The notes beneath the pieces are model-generated. The model saw only the letters and a program-made list of their open reading frames with translations, was not told the origin of the DNA and did no database searches. From an uncultured Chloroflexia bacterium (GTDB taxonomy: Bacteria; Chloroflexota; Limnocylindria; Limnocylindrales; CSP1-4): a stretch of DNA of 64,000 bases. The stretch spans positions 65,808 through 129,807 of the forward strand of contig CAWIGT010000009.1 in the NCBI GenBank assembly GCA_963835845.1, written 5' to 3'. Made by a program: the position numbers and the translations under genes. Numbering within the stretch: position 1 is the first letter of the stretch; each line of letters starts with the position of its first letter. Positions 1-9,305 of this stretch are shown here, one piece after another.

Positions 1-163
1 GCCGGACTCCAAGCATCGACTCGAGCGTGGCCACGTGCTGGCTGACCGCCGATTGGGTGTAGTCCAGCAAATCGGCGGCCATATGGAAGGACCCCGTACC
101 TGCGACCGCCCGAAAGCTGAGTAGATGCCTGAATTCGATGTCTGCGAAATGATCAGTTGCCAT
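1..163 (-). CDS. LysR-family transcriptional regulator, N-terminal wHTH part (partial, runs off the window start)
   Basis: Manual translation from the ATG at 163 gives MATDHFADIEFRHLLSFRAVAGTGSFHMAADLLDYTQSAVSQHVATLESMLGVR. This is the canonical LysR HTH signature (SF..AA..L..TQSAVS..V..LE). It is absent from the ORF track because it is truncated. Confidence 0.6.
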   Translation of the reverse strand, partial: MATDHFADIEFRHLLSFRAVAGTGSFHMAADLLDYTQSAVSQHVATLESMLGVR

Positions 164-223
164 AATCACTAAGTCAACCACATCGATTTGCTCTTATCAA
201 GTGGCAAGCCTAAGGTACGAGAC

Positions 224-331
224 ATGGAACTGATCACATTCGCACTGCTCGTACTCTTCGTCGGTGCACTGTCGATTTCGCTCGGCAGCGACTCGCGTCC
301 GATCGACTCGGACCACTCGCACTATCTGTGA
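224..331 (+). CDS. Hypothetical 35-aa hydrophobic peptide (MELITFALLVLFVGALSISLGSDSRPIDSDHSHYL), divergent from the LysR gene
   Basis: ATG at 224 and TGA at 329-331. It has one predicted TM helix, lies in a locally lower-GC patch, and is followed by hairpin 417-436. I recognise no homology. Confidence 0.3.
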   Translation: MELITFALLVLFVGALSISLGSDSRPIDSDHSHYL

Positions 332-416
332 GCGCCAGGAACCACTAGGCGCTTTCTAAAGGCCCCGCGCGAGGTAGTCCGCGCCGGTCAGCTCCACTCG
401 ACCGGAATGCTGGACA

Positions 417-436
417 GCCCCTGCCGGGGCCTTTTC
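417..436 (+). terminator. Candidate intrinsic terminator (GCCCC-tgcc-GGGGC followed by CTTTTC)
   Basis: A 5-bp GC stem (417-421 pairing with 426-430) followed by a T-run at 432-435, located between the small ORF and the polA 3' end. Confidence 0.35.
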
Positions 437-486
437 ATGCCCGGGCCGAGGTCGCGCCGCGTGCCGGCCCGTGACACACCGGACGC

Positions 487-3400
487 TCAGCCCGCCACGA
501 CCTCGGCGGGAGCCTCACCGAGTTCTGCCAGCACGGCGTCTTCGCGGGTCAGCGGCCGCATCGACTCCCAGTCGTCGCCGACCTTGACGTCGACGGTCAG
601 CGGTACGTCCAGCTTGAGCGCTCCCTCCATCGTCTCGCGCAGGATCGGCGCCACGCGGTCCACCTCGCCGCGGGGCACCTCGAGCACCAGCTCGTCGTGG
701 ACCTGAAGCAGCATCCGCGCCTTGAGGCCGGCGGCGCGCAACCGCTCGGGCAGCCGGATCATCGCGATCTTGATGATGTCCGCGGCCGTGCCCTGGATCG
801 GCATGTTGATCGCCATCCGCTCGCCCGCGCCGCGCAGCGATGGGTTGGACATGCGCAACTCAGGGATGAATCGTCGCCGGCCGAGCAGGGTCGAGACCCA
901 GCCCTGCTGCCGAGCCAGCTCCTTGATGTGGAGCATGTAGTAGCTGATCCCCGAGTACGTGGCGAAGTAGTTGTCGATGAACTCCTTCGCCTCGCCCCGC
1001 GAGATGCCCGCCCGCGACGACAGGCCGAAATCGCTCATGCCGTAGGCCAGCCCGAAGTTGACCATCTTCGCCATCGAGCGCTCGTCGTGGGTCACATCCG
1101 CGCCGTCCTTGTGGAGGACGCGGGCGGCAGTCTCGCGGTGGATGTCGGCGCCGCGGGCAAAGGCGTCGCGGAGGTGCTCGTCGCCGGAGACGTGGGCCAG
1201 GATGCGGAGCTCGATCTGCGAGTAGTCGGCGGCTACCAGGGTCACGTCGGGCCCGCCGGCCACGAACGCGCGGCGGATTCGGCGGCCCAGGTCCGAACGG
1301 ATCGGGATGTTCTGCAGGTTCGGATCGGACGAGCTGAGCCGGCCGGTGGCCGCTACGGCCTGATGGAAGGTGGTGTGCAGCCGACCGTCGCGCTCGGACA
1401 CCAGCAACGGCAGGGCTTCGATGTAGGTCGAGCGCAGCTTCGAGTAGAGCCGCCATTCGAGAAGCTTGCCGATCATCGGATGCGCCGGCTTCAGCTCTTC
1501 GAGCACCGACGCGTCGGTCGAATAGCCGGTCTTGGTCCGCTTGCCTTTGGGAAGGTTCAGTTCGTAGAAGAGGATCTGCTCGAGCTGCTTGGGCGAGCCG
1601 AGGTTGAAGTCGTGGCCGACGTCCACGTAGATCTCGGCCTCCAGACGCGCCATCTCCCGGCTGAACTCCGTGTCCAGCAGCGCCAGAGCCTCGCGGTCGA
1701 TGGCGACGCCGGCTGCCTCCATGTCGGCCAGAACCGGGATCAGAGGCATCTCGATCTCGCGGAACAGCCGGTCCAGGCCGGCTTCCCGCGAGCGCCGATT
1801 CGAGCGGCTCGCGAACCGCCAGCGCGGCCAGGGCGTCCAGCCCGATGCGGACGGCCGGCGGCACGTCGCCGGCAGGCGGCAGCGTCACGTCGAGCCGCTC
1901 ATGGGCGACGTCGGCGATGGTCTGGCTTCGGAGCGAGGCGTTCAGGAGATACGCGGCGATTTGAGTGTCGAAGGCGACGGGAAGCGGCTGCGTCGGCTCC
2001 GCCCGCGATGTTCGCGACCACGAGTGGCTTCGTCTCGTGGCCGACGACGCGCGCCCCGGACTTGAGGAGCAGGTCGCCGAGCAGGCCGATGGCCTCGTGC
2101 GTGTCGGCGACGAGGACGCGGCCATCCGTCCCCGCCACGGCCAGCGCCTGCGGCAGGCCGCGCATCGGCCGCGGATCGTCCATGAGCAGCGCCGCGCCGA
2201 CCTCGTCACGGCCGGCCAGCCAGGCGGCGGCGTCGGCCGCGTCGGCTTCACTCGGCCTCGAACCGGTCCAGCAACGTCGGGTCGGCCACGGCCGCGCGGA
2301 GGGCGTCGGCCGCATCGATCGGTTCGGCTGAGCCGGCCGGCCGCGAGCGGGCAGGGGCCGGGGCCGCGTCGGGCGAATCCGCCGGCGCCGGACGCGCTCC
2401 GACTCCGAGACCGGTGGTCCCGAAGTCCATCGAGAGCTGCAGCCCCTCACCCTGGCCGATGAGCGATCGACCGGACGCCGGTCTCGCGGCCCTGGGGCCG
2501 CGACCGCCAGCCCGCCGCTCCGCCAGCCGCCGCCGCTCCGCCACCCGCCGCCGGAGCGCCCGGAACCCGGGCCGCCGGGACGCTGCCGGCGACCGAACGC
2601 AGAGCCTCCATCGCCGCCCCGGCCGACTCGCCGGCGAGCGGCGGCAGCCGATCGATCAGCGTCCGGAACTCGAATTCGCGGAAGAGGCGCACCACCTCGG
2701 CGCGGTCGTAGTCGGAGAGGCGGGCAGCCTCCAGATCCAGCGTGATCGGCAGATCGCGCACGATGCGGGAAAGCTCGCGGCTCCGGAAGACCTGCTCGCG
2801 CGCCTCGACGAGCTTCTCGCGCAGCTTGTCCGGCTTCACCTCGGCCAGCCGCTCGTAGATCCCCTCGACCGAACCGAAATCGCCGACGAGCTTGGCCGCG
2901 GTCTTCTCCCCCACTCCGGGGATGCCCGGGATGTTGTCCGTCGGGTCGCCCTTGAGCGCCTTGTAGTCGATCATCTGGTCGGGCCGCAGCTCGAACCGCT
3001 CCCGGATCTTTGCCGGGTCGTAGTAGATCGTCGAGTCGACGCCCTGTCGCGTCGTCATCAGCCGCGTGTGGTCGGTCACGATCTGGAGCATGTCCAGGTC
3101 GCCGGTCACGACCGTCGTGTCGATGCCGCGCGCGTCCAGGTCTCGGGTGATCGTGCCGATGACGTCGTCGGCCTCGTAGCCGGCCATCTCGTAGACGGGG
3201 ATGCGCAGCGCGGCCACGACTTCGCGAACCTTGGGGAACTGGGCCCGCAGGTCGTCCGGCATGGCCGTGCGGGTGGCCTTGTACTCGGCGAACTGCTCGT
3301 GGCGGAAGGTGGGCCCCGGCAGGTCGAAGCAGGCCGCTACGTATTCCGGCTGGAGGTCCTGGATTCCGCGCAGGAGGATGCTGCAGAACCCGAACACGGC

Positions 3401-3496
3401 GTTGACAAGCTCGCCCTTGCTCGTCGTCAGCGGCGGCAGGGCGTGGTAACCGCGATAGATCAAGCCGTTGCTGTCGAGCAGCATCAGGCGGGGCAT
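487..3496 (-). pseudogene. polA: DNA polymerase I (5'-3' exonuclease, 3'-5' exo-like and polymerase domains), split over at least 4 frame segments
   Basis: - ORF 2447..3496 is the 5' nuclease domain (LLDSNGLIYRGYHALP, GDPTDNIPGIPGVGEKTA).
- The frame of 1899..3527 carries the middle part (AWLAGRDEVGAALLMD...VGHETKPL).
- The frame of 860..2251 carries VAFDTQIAAYLLNASL.
- ORF 487..1749 is the polymerase domain (HTTFHQAVAATGRLSSSDPNLQNIP, QVHDELVLE).
- One shift is mapped to about 1786-1800 (..REPLESAL|REAGLDRLFREIEMPLIP). Confidence 0.9.
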
Positions 3497-3684
3497 CTGG
3501 GCCTCGAGTGCGAAGCCGGCGCAGCATGGGCCGGCGAGCTAAGTGTACCCGCGGGGCGCGCCGCAGCGGCTAGCTCGACACGAATCCGGCCGAGATGCAA
3601 GCCGAAGGCGAGCGGGCTGCGCCACCACGCCTGTGTCACGAGGAGAGTACGAAACACACGGCGAAAAGGCCGGCCAGGCCCAAC

Positions 3685-4548
3685 TCAGGAACGGCTGCCT
3701 CGACCATGGCGGCGCGGTCGCCGCGGCAGGAAGACGACCAGCAGTCCGACCACGAATAGGGCCGCAAACCCACCGATCCATATCAAGCGGGCGTCCATCG
3801 TGGCCTGGCCGGCCGATTCGTCCGATGGCGTGGCTGCCTGCGTGCCCGCGTCGGCGCCGACTATCGACCCCTGGTCGCCGCCGGCCGCGATCGCTCCGGG
3901 CGTCGTTCCCGGAGACTGGGCTGCGAACTGCCTGTCGGGAGACGCGGCCGCGACCGTCGGAGCAGAAACGGGCTGGACCGCGCCCGCCGGCGTGGCCAGG
4001 TCGCTCTGGCTGGGTGCGGCCACGCCGCCGGCACTCGATTGGAGATCGACTCCCGCCGGAGCGCGGGACGCAAGCGGCGCTGCGGTTGCCGCCTCCGCGC
4101 CGCCGTAGGCGGAACTGGCGGCGGGGGCCGCCGCCAGGTTCACGTTGTGCTCGCTCGAAGTCGTCATCGAGCTCATGGCCGAGCCGCTCATGAGTGACAC
4201 TGCACCGGTCGCCACAACTCCGACGAGCCCAATGGCCGCGAGCGAACCGCCGAGTGAACGTCGCGAGCCGGCTCCGAAGATCCACTGCCGGCCAAAACGC
4301 CGACGCCGGAGTCGGGCCGCGTCCTCGGTCGAGAGGCTGAAGTCCCGCGGCCTGGCCGGGACCGGCAGCGCCGCCGTTGCGTCGGCGATGGACCCGAGGT
4401 CGGCAAAGAGCGTCGCGCATGCCTCGCAATCGGCCATGAGGTCCAGCGCGCGAGAGCGTTCCACCTCGTCGACGTCGCCACCGAACAGACGGACGATCAG
4501 CAGCTCGTCGTGGTCGGCGTGGGAGGTGGCAGCGGTTCGGTCCATCAC
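3685..4548 (-). CDS. Anti-sigma factor (zf-HC2-like N-terminus, membrane-spanning, Ala/Ser/Gly-rich extracytoplasmic region)
   Basis: The N-terminus DLMADCEACATLFADL resembles the zf-HC2 anti-sigma motif. TM helices are SLAAIGLVGVVATGAVSL and a C-terminal IWIGGFAALFVVGLLVVFL. The gene starts 15 nt downstream of the ECF sigma gene. Confidence 0.65.
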   Translation of the reverse strand: MMDRTAATSHADHDELLIVRLFGGDVDEVERSRALDLMADCEACATLFADLGSIADATAALPVPARPRDFSLSTEDAARLRRRRFGRQWIFGAGSRRSLGGSLAAIGLVGVVATGAVSLMSGSAMSSMTTSSEHNVNLAAAPAASSAYGGAEAATAAPLASRAPAGVDLQSSAGGVAAPSQSDLATPAGAVQPVSAPTVAAASPDRQFAAQSPGTTPGAIAAGGDQGSIVGADAGTQAATPSDESAGQATMDARLIWIGGFAALFVVGLLVVFLPRRPRRHGRGSRS

Positions 4549-4563
4549 GTTCCTCAGACGATC

Positions 4564-5451
4564 TCAGCCACGGAAGAGTTCCCGATCCGGCGCCAGCGTG
4601 CGTCGCAGGGTGAGCCGTCCGCGATGGATGCGGGACTTCACGGTCCCGACCTCGACACGCATGATCGCGGCGATTTCGGCGTAGTCGTATCCCTCCACGT
4701 CGAACAGCACGATGCAGTTCCGCTGTTCGAAGGGCAGCTGATCGAGCGCCCGGGCGAGAGCCTTCGATCGTTCGGCGGCGAGGGCCTTGGACTCGGGCTC
4801 GACTTCGGGCTCGGCCGGTGGCTGCCAGCTCTCGTCCTCGAACGCCGGATACGGCTGACTCGGCCGGCGACGCCGAGCCCGCTGGAGGTCCATCGCAGCA
4901 TTGACCGCGATCCGGCTCAGCCAGCTGCGGACGCTGCCCCCTCGAAACGAACCAAGATTCCTGTAGGCGCTAAAGAACGCCTCCTGGACGGCATCGGCCG
5001 CCTGGTCTCGATCCGGGACGAGGCGGTAGACCAGGGCGAACAGATGGTCCTGGTGGCGAGCCACGAGCTGGTTGAAGGCCTCCAGCCTGCCGCCGACGGC
5101 TTCGTCCACCAGGGCGACGTCGATGAGCTGGCCGGACTGGTCGGCCTCGTGCGGCGCCGCCGCGGCCGGCTGCGGCAGCTGGTTGGGCCGCGGCGGCGAG
5201 CCGGTGGGATCCGTCGGCTGGTCGGCGCCGACGGCGAGTCGCCCGCCCGGCTCGTCAAGCGCGTCGCTATCGGATTGGTCCACTGCCCTCTCGCCGGTCA
5301 CGACCGGCCCTTCAGCCAGACTCTCGTCCACGAACGCTTTGCCTTCTATCGGCGCCCCGTTGGGCCGCGGCGGCGCGAGGATAGCACGTGGCGCGGGCTG
5401 GCCATGCGTCCATCGGCGCGCCCAGCGTGGCGCCGGCCCCGGCCCCCGCAC
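4564..5451 (-). CDS. ECF-type RNA polymerase sigma-70 family factor (long low-complexity N-terminal extension; true start uncertain)
   Basis: Region 2 is present (HQDHLFALVYRLV..DAVQEAFFSAYRNL) and so is the region 4 HTH (YAEIAAIMRVEVGTVKSRIHRGR). Confidence 0.85.
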   Translation of the reverse strand: MRGPGPAPRWARRWTHGQPAPRAILAPPRPNGAPIEGKAFVDESLAEGPVVTGERAVDQSDSDALDEPGGRLAVGADQPTDPTGSPPRPNQLPQPAAAAPHEADQSGQLIDVALVDEAVGGRLEAFNQLVARHQDHLFALVYRLVPDRDQAADAVQEAFFSAYRNLGSFRGGSVRSWLSRIAVNAAMDLQRARRRRPSQPYPAFEDESWQPPAEPEVEPESKALAAERSKALARALDQLPFEQRNCIVLFDVEGYDYAEIAAIMRVEVGTVKSRIHRGRLTLRRTLAPDRELFRG

Positions 5452-5527
5452 GGCTCCGCCCCGCCCTCGCCCGCGACCGCGGCGTCACCTTCGCGCCTCG
5501 CAGGCTGTACCATGCCCGCCGGACCGT

Positions 5528-5614
5528 GCCGACGTGGCGGAACTGGCATACGCGCTCGACTCAAAATCGAGTGGCCGTGAGGTCATGCGGGTTCAACTCC
5601 CGCCGTCGGCACCA
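5528..5614 (+). tRNA. tRNA-Leu (anticodon CAA), class II with long variable arm, CCA encoded
   Basis: - Acceptor stem GCCGACG pairs with CGTCGGC.
- Anticodon stem CTCGA/TCGAG with loop CTCAAAA.
- Variable arm TGGCCGTGAGGTCAT.
- T arm GCGGG-TTCAACT-CCCGC.
- Discriminator A followed by CCA. Confidence 0.9.
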
Positions 5615-5667
5615 CTACCCTACCGTCGAACGCTGCCGGTCGCCTGCGCCGAGAGTTCCACTGGCTA

Positions 5668-7491
5668 CTAGCAGCTGAGCCCGCCTCCGCCGCTGCCGGC
5701 GCCGCTGCTGCTCGCGGCCGGAACGTCGTCGAGCGAATGGGCAACGGTGTCCTTGATCTTGGCCCAGGACGTGGCGTCGATGGCCGGATACGTGTTGATG
5801 AACGACTCGCCCATCGAGGTGGGATCCAGGACGATCGTCTTGACCGAGCCGCCGACGATCCTCTGAGCGAGTCGAGCCCATTGAGGCGCGTCGTCGAGCG
5901 GCAGGTTGGTGTTGAAGACGCCTCCTATGTCCTGCAGCAGGCTCGGGACGCTGGGCAGGATCTTGCATGGATCGAACGTCTTGCGAATCGCCTGGAGCAC
6001 AATCTGCTGACGCTGCATGCGGCCGAAATCGCCGCCCGCGGAGAACTTGCGGGAACGGGCGTAGGCCAGGACCCAGTTGCCGTCCATGTGCTGATTGCCG
6101 ACCTTGATCGAGAAAGCGATGTCGGTCCCGTTTGCGTCGGTATTGCCATGCCAGCTGATGGTCTGCATCCCGTTGGACTTGGCCGCGTCGTCGATCATCT
6201 TCTGGACGTTGCTGAACGGGCCGGGGACGTTGTAGCCGTAGTAGTAGTCCGAGCAGACGTAATAGGCAGCCATCCAGGTGCCCTTCGGCCCGCAGGGCTG
6301 GTCGTAGACGCGCTGCGGGACGTAGATGTCGATCCCGCCAAGATCGTCGATCAATGAAGACAGGCCCGACAGGTTGATGGTCATGAAGCCATCGATCGTG
6401 AGGCCGGTGAGCGTGGCCACTGCATCCTCGGTGGCCAGTTCGCCGCGGTACCACGCGTGCGCGGAGTCCTGTGGGTAGCCGGGGAACAATTCAGGGTGGA
6501 GTGTCGCTTCCTGAGCCAGCCAGTTGAGCTGGCCGGACGCGATCCCAGAGCCGCCGGACCAGGTGTAGGCCGGGCAGCCGTTTGTGGCCGTGGCGAAATG
6601 CTGGGCGATCGACTGCGGCAGGGGCACGCAGACGTTGTTCCTCGGGACGCCGATCAAGGCCGCCTTGCCCGAGCTCATGTCCACGTGCAGGACGATCATC
6701 GTGTCCGGCCTGAGCCAGGCAGTCGCCCGCGACGTACCGGCCTCGAAGTCCGCTCCGATCAGGAGCACGTTGAACTGGCCGTCGGCTGCCCAGTTCTGAG
6801 AGTTGCTGGTCGTCTCATTTGACGGCAGGGCACTCAGGTCGAAGCTGGTCAGCGGGGCGGCGGACGCTGAGGGCGTCGGACTTGGGCTGCCCTGATCGAC
6901 CGGCGCTCCCGGGTCGTCGGCGTAGTTGACCGTCGCGCTCGAATCCGCGGCGACGTTGCTGTCGCTGATGAAGCAGGGCGTCGTAGCCGTCAGGCAGTAG
7001 AGCGAGTGCTGCCAGTCCATGTCCACCTTGGCCACGGCGCCGTGGACCGCGACGGTCGTCGTCAGGATGGCGACGATCCCGAAGACGGTGGCCCATTTGA
7101 CCGGGGCCGCGGCGCCGGTCCGCTTCTTGCGCTGCGTCCGGTCCATCCGCTCGGCCCGGGTGCCGACCAGATATGCGTCGACGATTGCCCACAGGTGATA
7201 GACGAAACCCACCACGTCCAGGAGGAGCAGGCTCGTGAGCCAGCCCTGGTCGACCGCCAGTCCGAACAGCGAGCTGCGCGCAAAGATCAGGATGACGGCG
7301 AAGGCGCCAAGAGCCGCAAGCGCCGGCAGTGCCACGATCTGACCGCGACGGCTATCGCCGGCCGCGATCTGGCCGGCGCCGGGGAAGATGAAAGAGAGAG
7401 CGGCGGCAAGCATCGGCCCGGAAGTCGGGAAACGACGCCGCGTTCCGCTGTCTGTCCTATACCCCTCGCGCCACTGTTCGCTCACCAGCAA
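5668..7491 (-). CDS. LCP (LytR-CpsA-Psr) family cell-wall glycopolymer ligase, paralog 1
   Basis: N-terminal TM region with the FPGAGQ motif. LCP core: FNVLLIGAD...RPDTMIVLHVD...GVPRN, INLSGLSSLIDDLGGIDIYVP, HMDGNWVLAYARSR, GDFGRMQRQQ. C-terminus is ..GGGGLSC followed by TAG TAG. Confidence 0.85.
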   Translation of the reverse strand: MLVSEQWREGYRTDSGTRRRFPTSGPMLAAALSFIFPGAGQIAAGDSRRGQIVALPALAALGAFAVILIFARSSLFGLAVDQGWLTSLLLLDVVGFVYHLWAIVDAYLVGTRAERMDRTQRKKRTGAAAPVKWATVFGIVAILTTTVAVHGAVAKVDMDWQHSLYCLTATTPCFISDSNVAADSSATVNYADDPGAPVDQGSPSPTPSASAAPLTSFDLSALPSNETTSNSQNWAADGQFNVLLIGADFEAGTSRATAWLRPDTMIVLHVDMSSGKAALIGVPRNNVCVPLPQSIAQHFATATNGCPAYTWSGGSGIASGQLNWLAQEATLHPELFPGYPQDSAHAWYRGELATEDAVATLTGLTIDGFMTINLSGLSSLIDDLGGIDIYVPQRVYDQPCGPKGTWMAAYYVCSDYYYGYNVPGPFSNVQKMIDDAAKSNGMQTISWHGNTDANGTDIAFSIKVGNQHMDGNWVLAYARSRKFSAGGDFGRMQRQQIVLQAIRKTFDPCKILPSVPSLLQDIGGVFNTNLPLDDAPQWARLAQRIVGGSVKTIVLDPTSMGESFINTYPAIDATSWAKIKDTVAHSLDDVPAASSSGAGSGGGGLSC

Positions 7492-7563
7492 CCTCTAGCT
7501 CGACGATTGTGCCTGAACCCGGGTGCGCCCACCCATTTCACCACGTCTACGTCTCGATCGCCG

Positions 7564-9297
7564 CTAGCAGCTCAGGCCGCCGCCCGTGCCGCCACCACCG
7601 CCACCCGCCGGGGCAACGCCGTCGAGACCATGGGCGACGATGTCTCGCACGATCGCCAGGCGAGGAACGTTGAGGAACCCCACCGGGTTGTTAGTGACGG
7701 ACGGTACCAGCTCGATGCTCTTCACATTGCCCGTACCGATACGCTCGGCCAGCGCCAGGAGCGTCGGAGCGTCCTCGACCGGCATGTCCGTCCAGAAGGC
7801 GCTGCCGAGTGCGCCCACGAGATCGGGGATCTTCGATAGCAGAGAACAGGGATGGAGCTGGGCACGCAACGCGATCAGAACGGCCTGCTGACGCGACATC
7901 CGGCCGTAGTCCAAATCCTGGTGCCGGCTGCGCGCATAGGCCAGCGCGGTCAGTCCATCCATGTGCTGCTGGCCGGCCTTGATGTCGATGGTGATGTCCT
8001 TGCCGTCCTGCGGCCTCGAGTACTGACTGTCCCTGACCTCGACCGGAACGTTGATGTCCAGGCCGCCAAGCGCGTTGATGAAATTCACGAAGCCCATCAA
8101 GTTGATGACGACCGCGCCGTCGACGTGGAGGCCCAGGAACTGCCCGATGGCGCCTTCGAGAGCCTTGAAGCCGCGCACGAAATCCGTGCCTGAGTATGGA
8201 TAGGCCGCGGGCCGGTTGACCGCGTCGCGCCAGAGGGCGTTGAGCAGGTTCGGGTACGGGAAGCAATGGCACGGATACGCGTCGGCGGATTCGGGCGGGA
8301 GAGGCACGTTCTCGAGGTTGCGCGGGATGCCGTACATGACCGATCTCCCCGTGGCGATGTCGACCTCGAGCAGGATCATCGTGTCCGTACGCAGACTCCA
8401 GCGGCCGACTCCCTCGTCGGCCCCGACCAGCAGAACGTTCAGCTTGCCGTCGGCGGCCCAGGCCGATGGCGGCGTATTCGGCCCGCTGACGTTGTCGACC
8501 GCGAAGATAGGGATGCCGTCCCCGGTCGTAGGCCCGGGCGTCGGCAGCGGCGTGGGCGTTCCGGCGGGAGTCGGACTGGGCGATCCACCCGGCCAAGCTG
8601 AGGCGGTGGTGGCGGACGGCGTCGCGTCCGGGGCGTCGGTCGCGCCCGACTGGTCCGCATACGGCGCGATGGTCTCGCCCGCCCCCAGATTGCCGTTGCC
8701 GCCGAACCAGCTCGGCGCGTCGGGGTTGAAGATCGAGCTGAGGGTGTCGCGGTATTGAACGTCCACGGCGCCCAGGGCCAGATGCGTCCCGATCGTGGCT
8801 ACGAGGACCGCGCCCAGCACGACGACGGTCAGCGGCCTGCGGGCTCGCACGACCGGCAGCTTCGACTGGACTTTGTCGCCCGCTCCCGTGCCTGCGCCCA
8901 TCCTCGCACCCGGCGTGGAGACCAGGAGATAGGCGTCGACGATCGCCCATAGCCGATACAGCAGGATGACCACGTCCAGAAGGAAGAACGAGGTCAGGGC
9001 GTTCTCCGAGAACAGCATCCCGTAGATCTGGTGTCGCGCGAACAGCACGAGCCCGACCAGGAAGAACCCGAGCGCAAGCGCCGGCACGGCGACGATCGCA
9101 CCGCGGCGCCATCTGCCCGCCAGCGCCTGACCGAGGCCGGGCAGCAGGAAGGATAGGAGCGCCGCCGCTCCGGGCGAAACTCCGCGAAGGCGCCGCGGTG
9201 GTGGCGTCGGCATTCCGGCACGCCGCGACGGGCCCACCGTGCCGGCCAGGCCGGACGGGCCGGCCTCGTGATCGCGGTCCTGTCGAGACGCGTCCAT
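7564..9297 (-). CDS. LCP family protein, paralog 2 (start at ATG 9297 or ATG 9213)
   Basis: Same architecture: LLPGLGQ TM region, LNVLLVGAD..RTDTMILLEVD..GIPRN, HMDGLTALAYARSRHQDLDYGRMSRQQ, C-terminus ..GTGGGLSC followed by TAG. The ORF-track extension to 10068 overlaps paralog 3 and is Arg-rich, so I rejected it. Confidence 0.85.
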   Translation of the reverse strand: MDASRQDRDHEAGPSGLAGTVGPSRRAGMPTPPPRRLRGVSPGAAALLSFLLPGLGQALAGRWRRGAIVAVPALALGFFLVGLVLFARHQIYGMLFSENALTSFFLLDVVILLYRLWAIVDAYLLVSTPGARMGAGTGAGDKVQSKLPVVRARRPLTVVVLGAVLVATIGTHLALGAVDVQYRDTLSSIFNPDAPSWFGGNGNLGAGETIAPYADQSGATDAPDATPSATTASAWPGGSPSPTPAGTPTPLPTPGPTTGDGIPIFAVDNVSGPNTPPSAWAADGKLNVLLVGADEGVGRWSLRTDTMILLEVDIATGRSVMYGIPRNLENVPLPPESADAYPCHCFPYPNLLNALWRDAVNRPAAYPYSGTDFVRGFKALEGAIGQFLGLHVDGAVVINLMGFVNFINALGGLDINVPVEVRDSQYSRPQDGKDITIDIKAGQQHMDGLTALAYARSRHQDLDYGRMSRQQAVLIALRAQLHPCSLLSKIPDLVGALGSAFWTDMPVEDAPTLLALAERIGTGNVKSIELVPSVTNNPVGFLNVPRLAIVRDIVAHGLDGVAPAGGGGGGTGGGLSC

Positions 9298-9305
9298 GCG
9301 ATCGG

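Noticed and set aside
697-2331. Long plus-strand ORFs antisense to real genes. Examples: 697..2331, 2414..4108, 9198..11165, 12469..15093, 20870..22261, 24655..25791, 36455..38476, 39666..41168, 48210..49664, 52602..54245, 56717..58390, 58311..60794.
   Set aside because: Their translations are Arg/Gly/Pro/Ala-rich with no recognisable motifs. Each lies opposite a gene with clear family signatures. Stop-poor antisense frames are expected in very GC-rich DNA.
5668-5679. Stop-codon readthrough or recoding at the conserved TGC-TAG ends of the LCP genes.
   Set aside because: Paralog 1 has two consecutive TAG codons. The downstream in-frame sequences of the three genes are unrelated and short, so there is no evidence for an extension.
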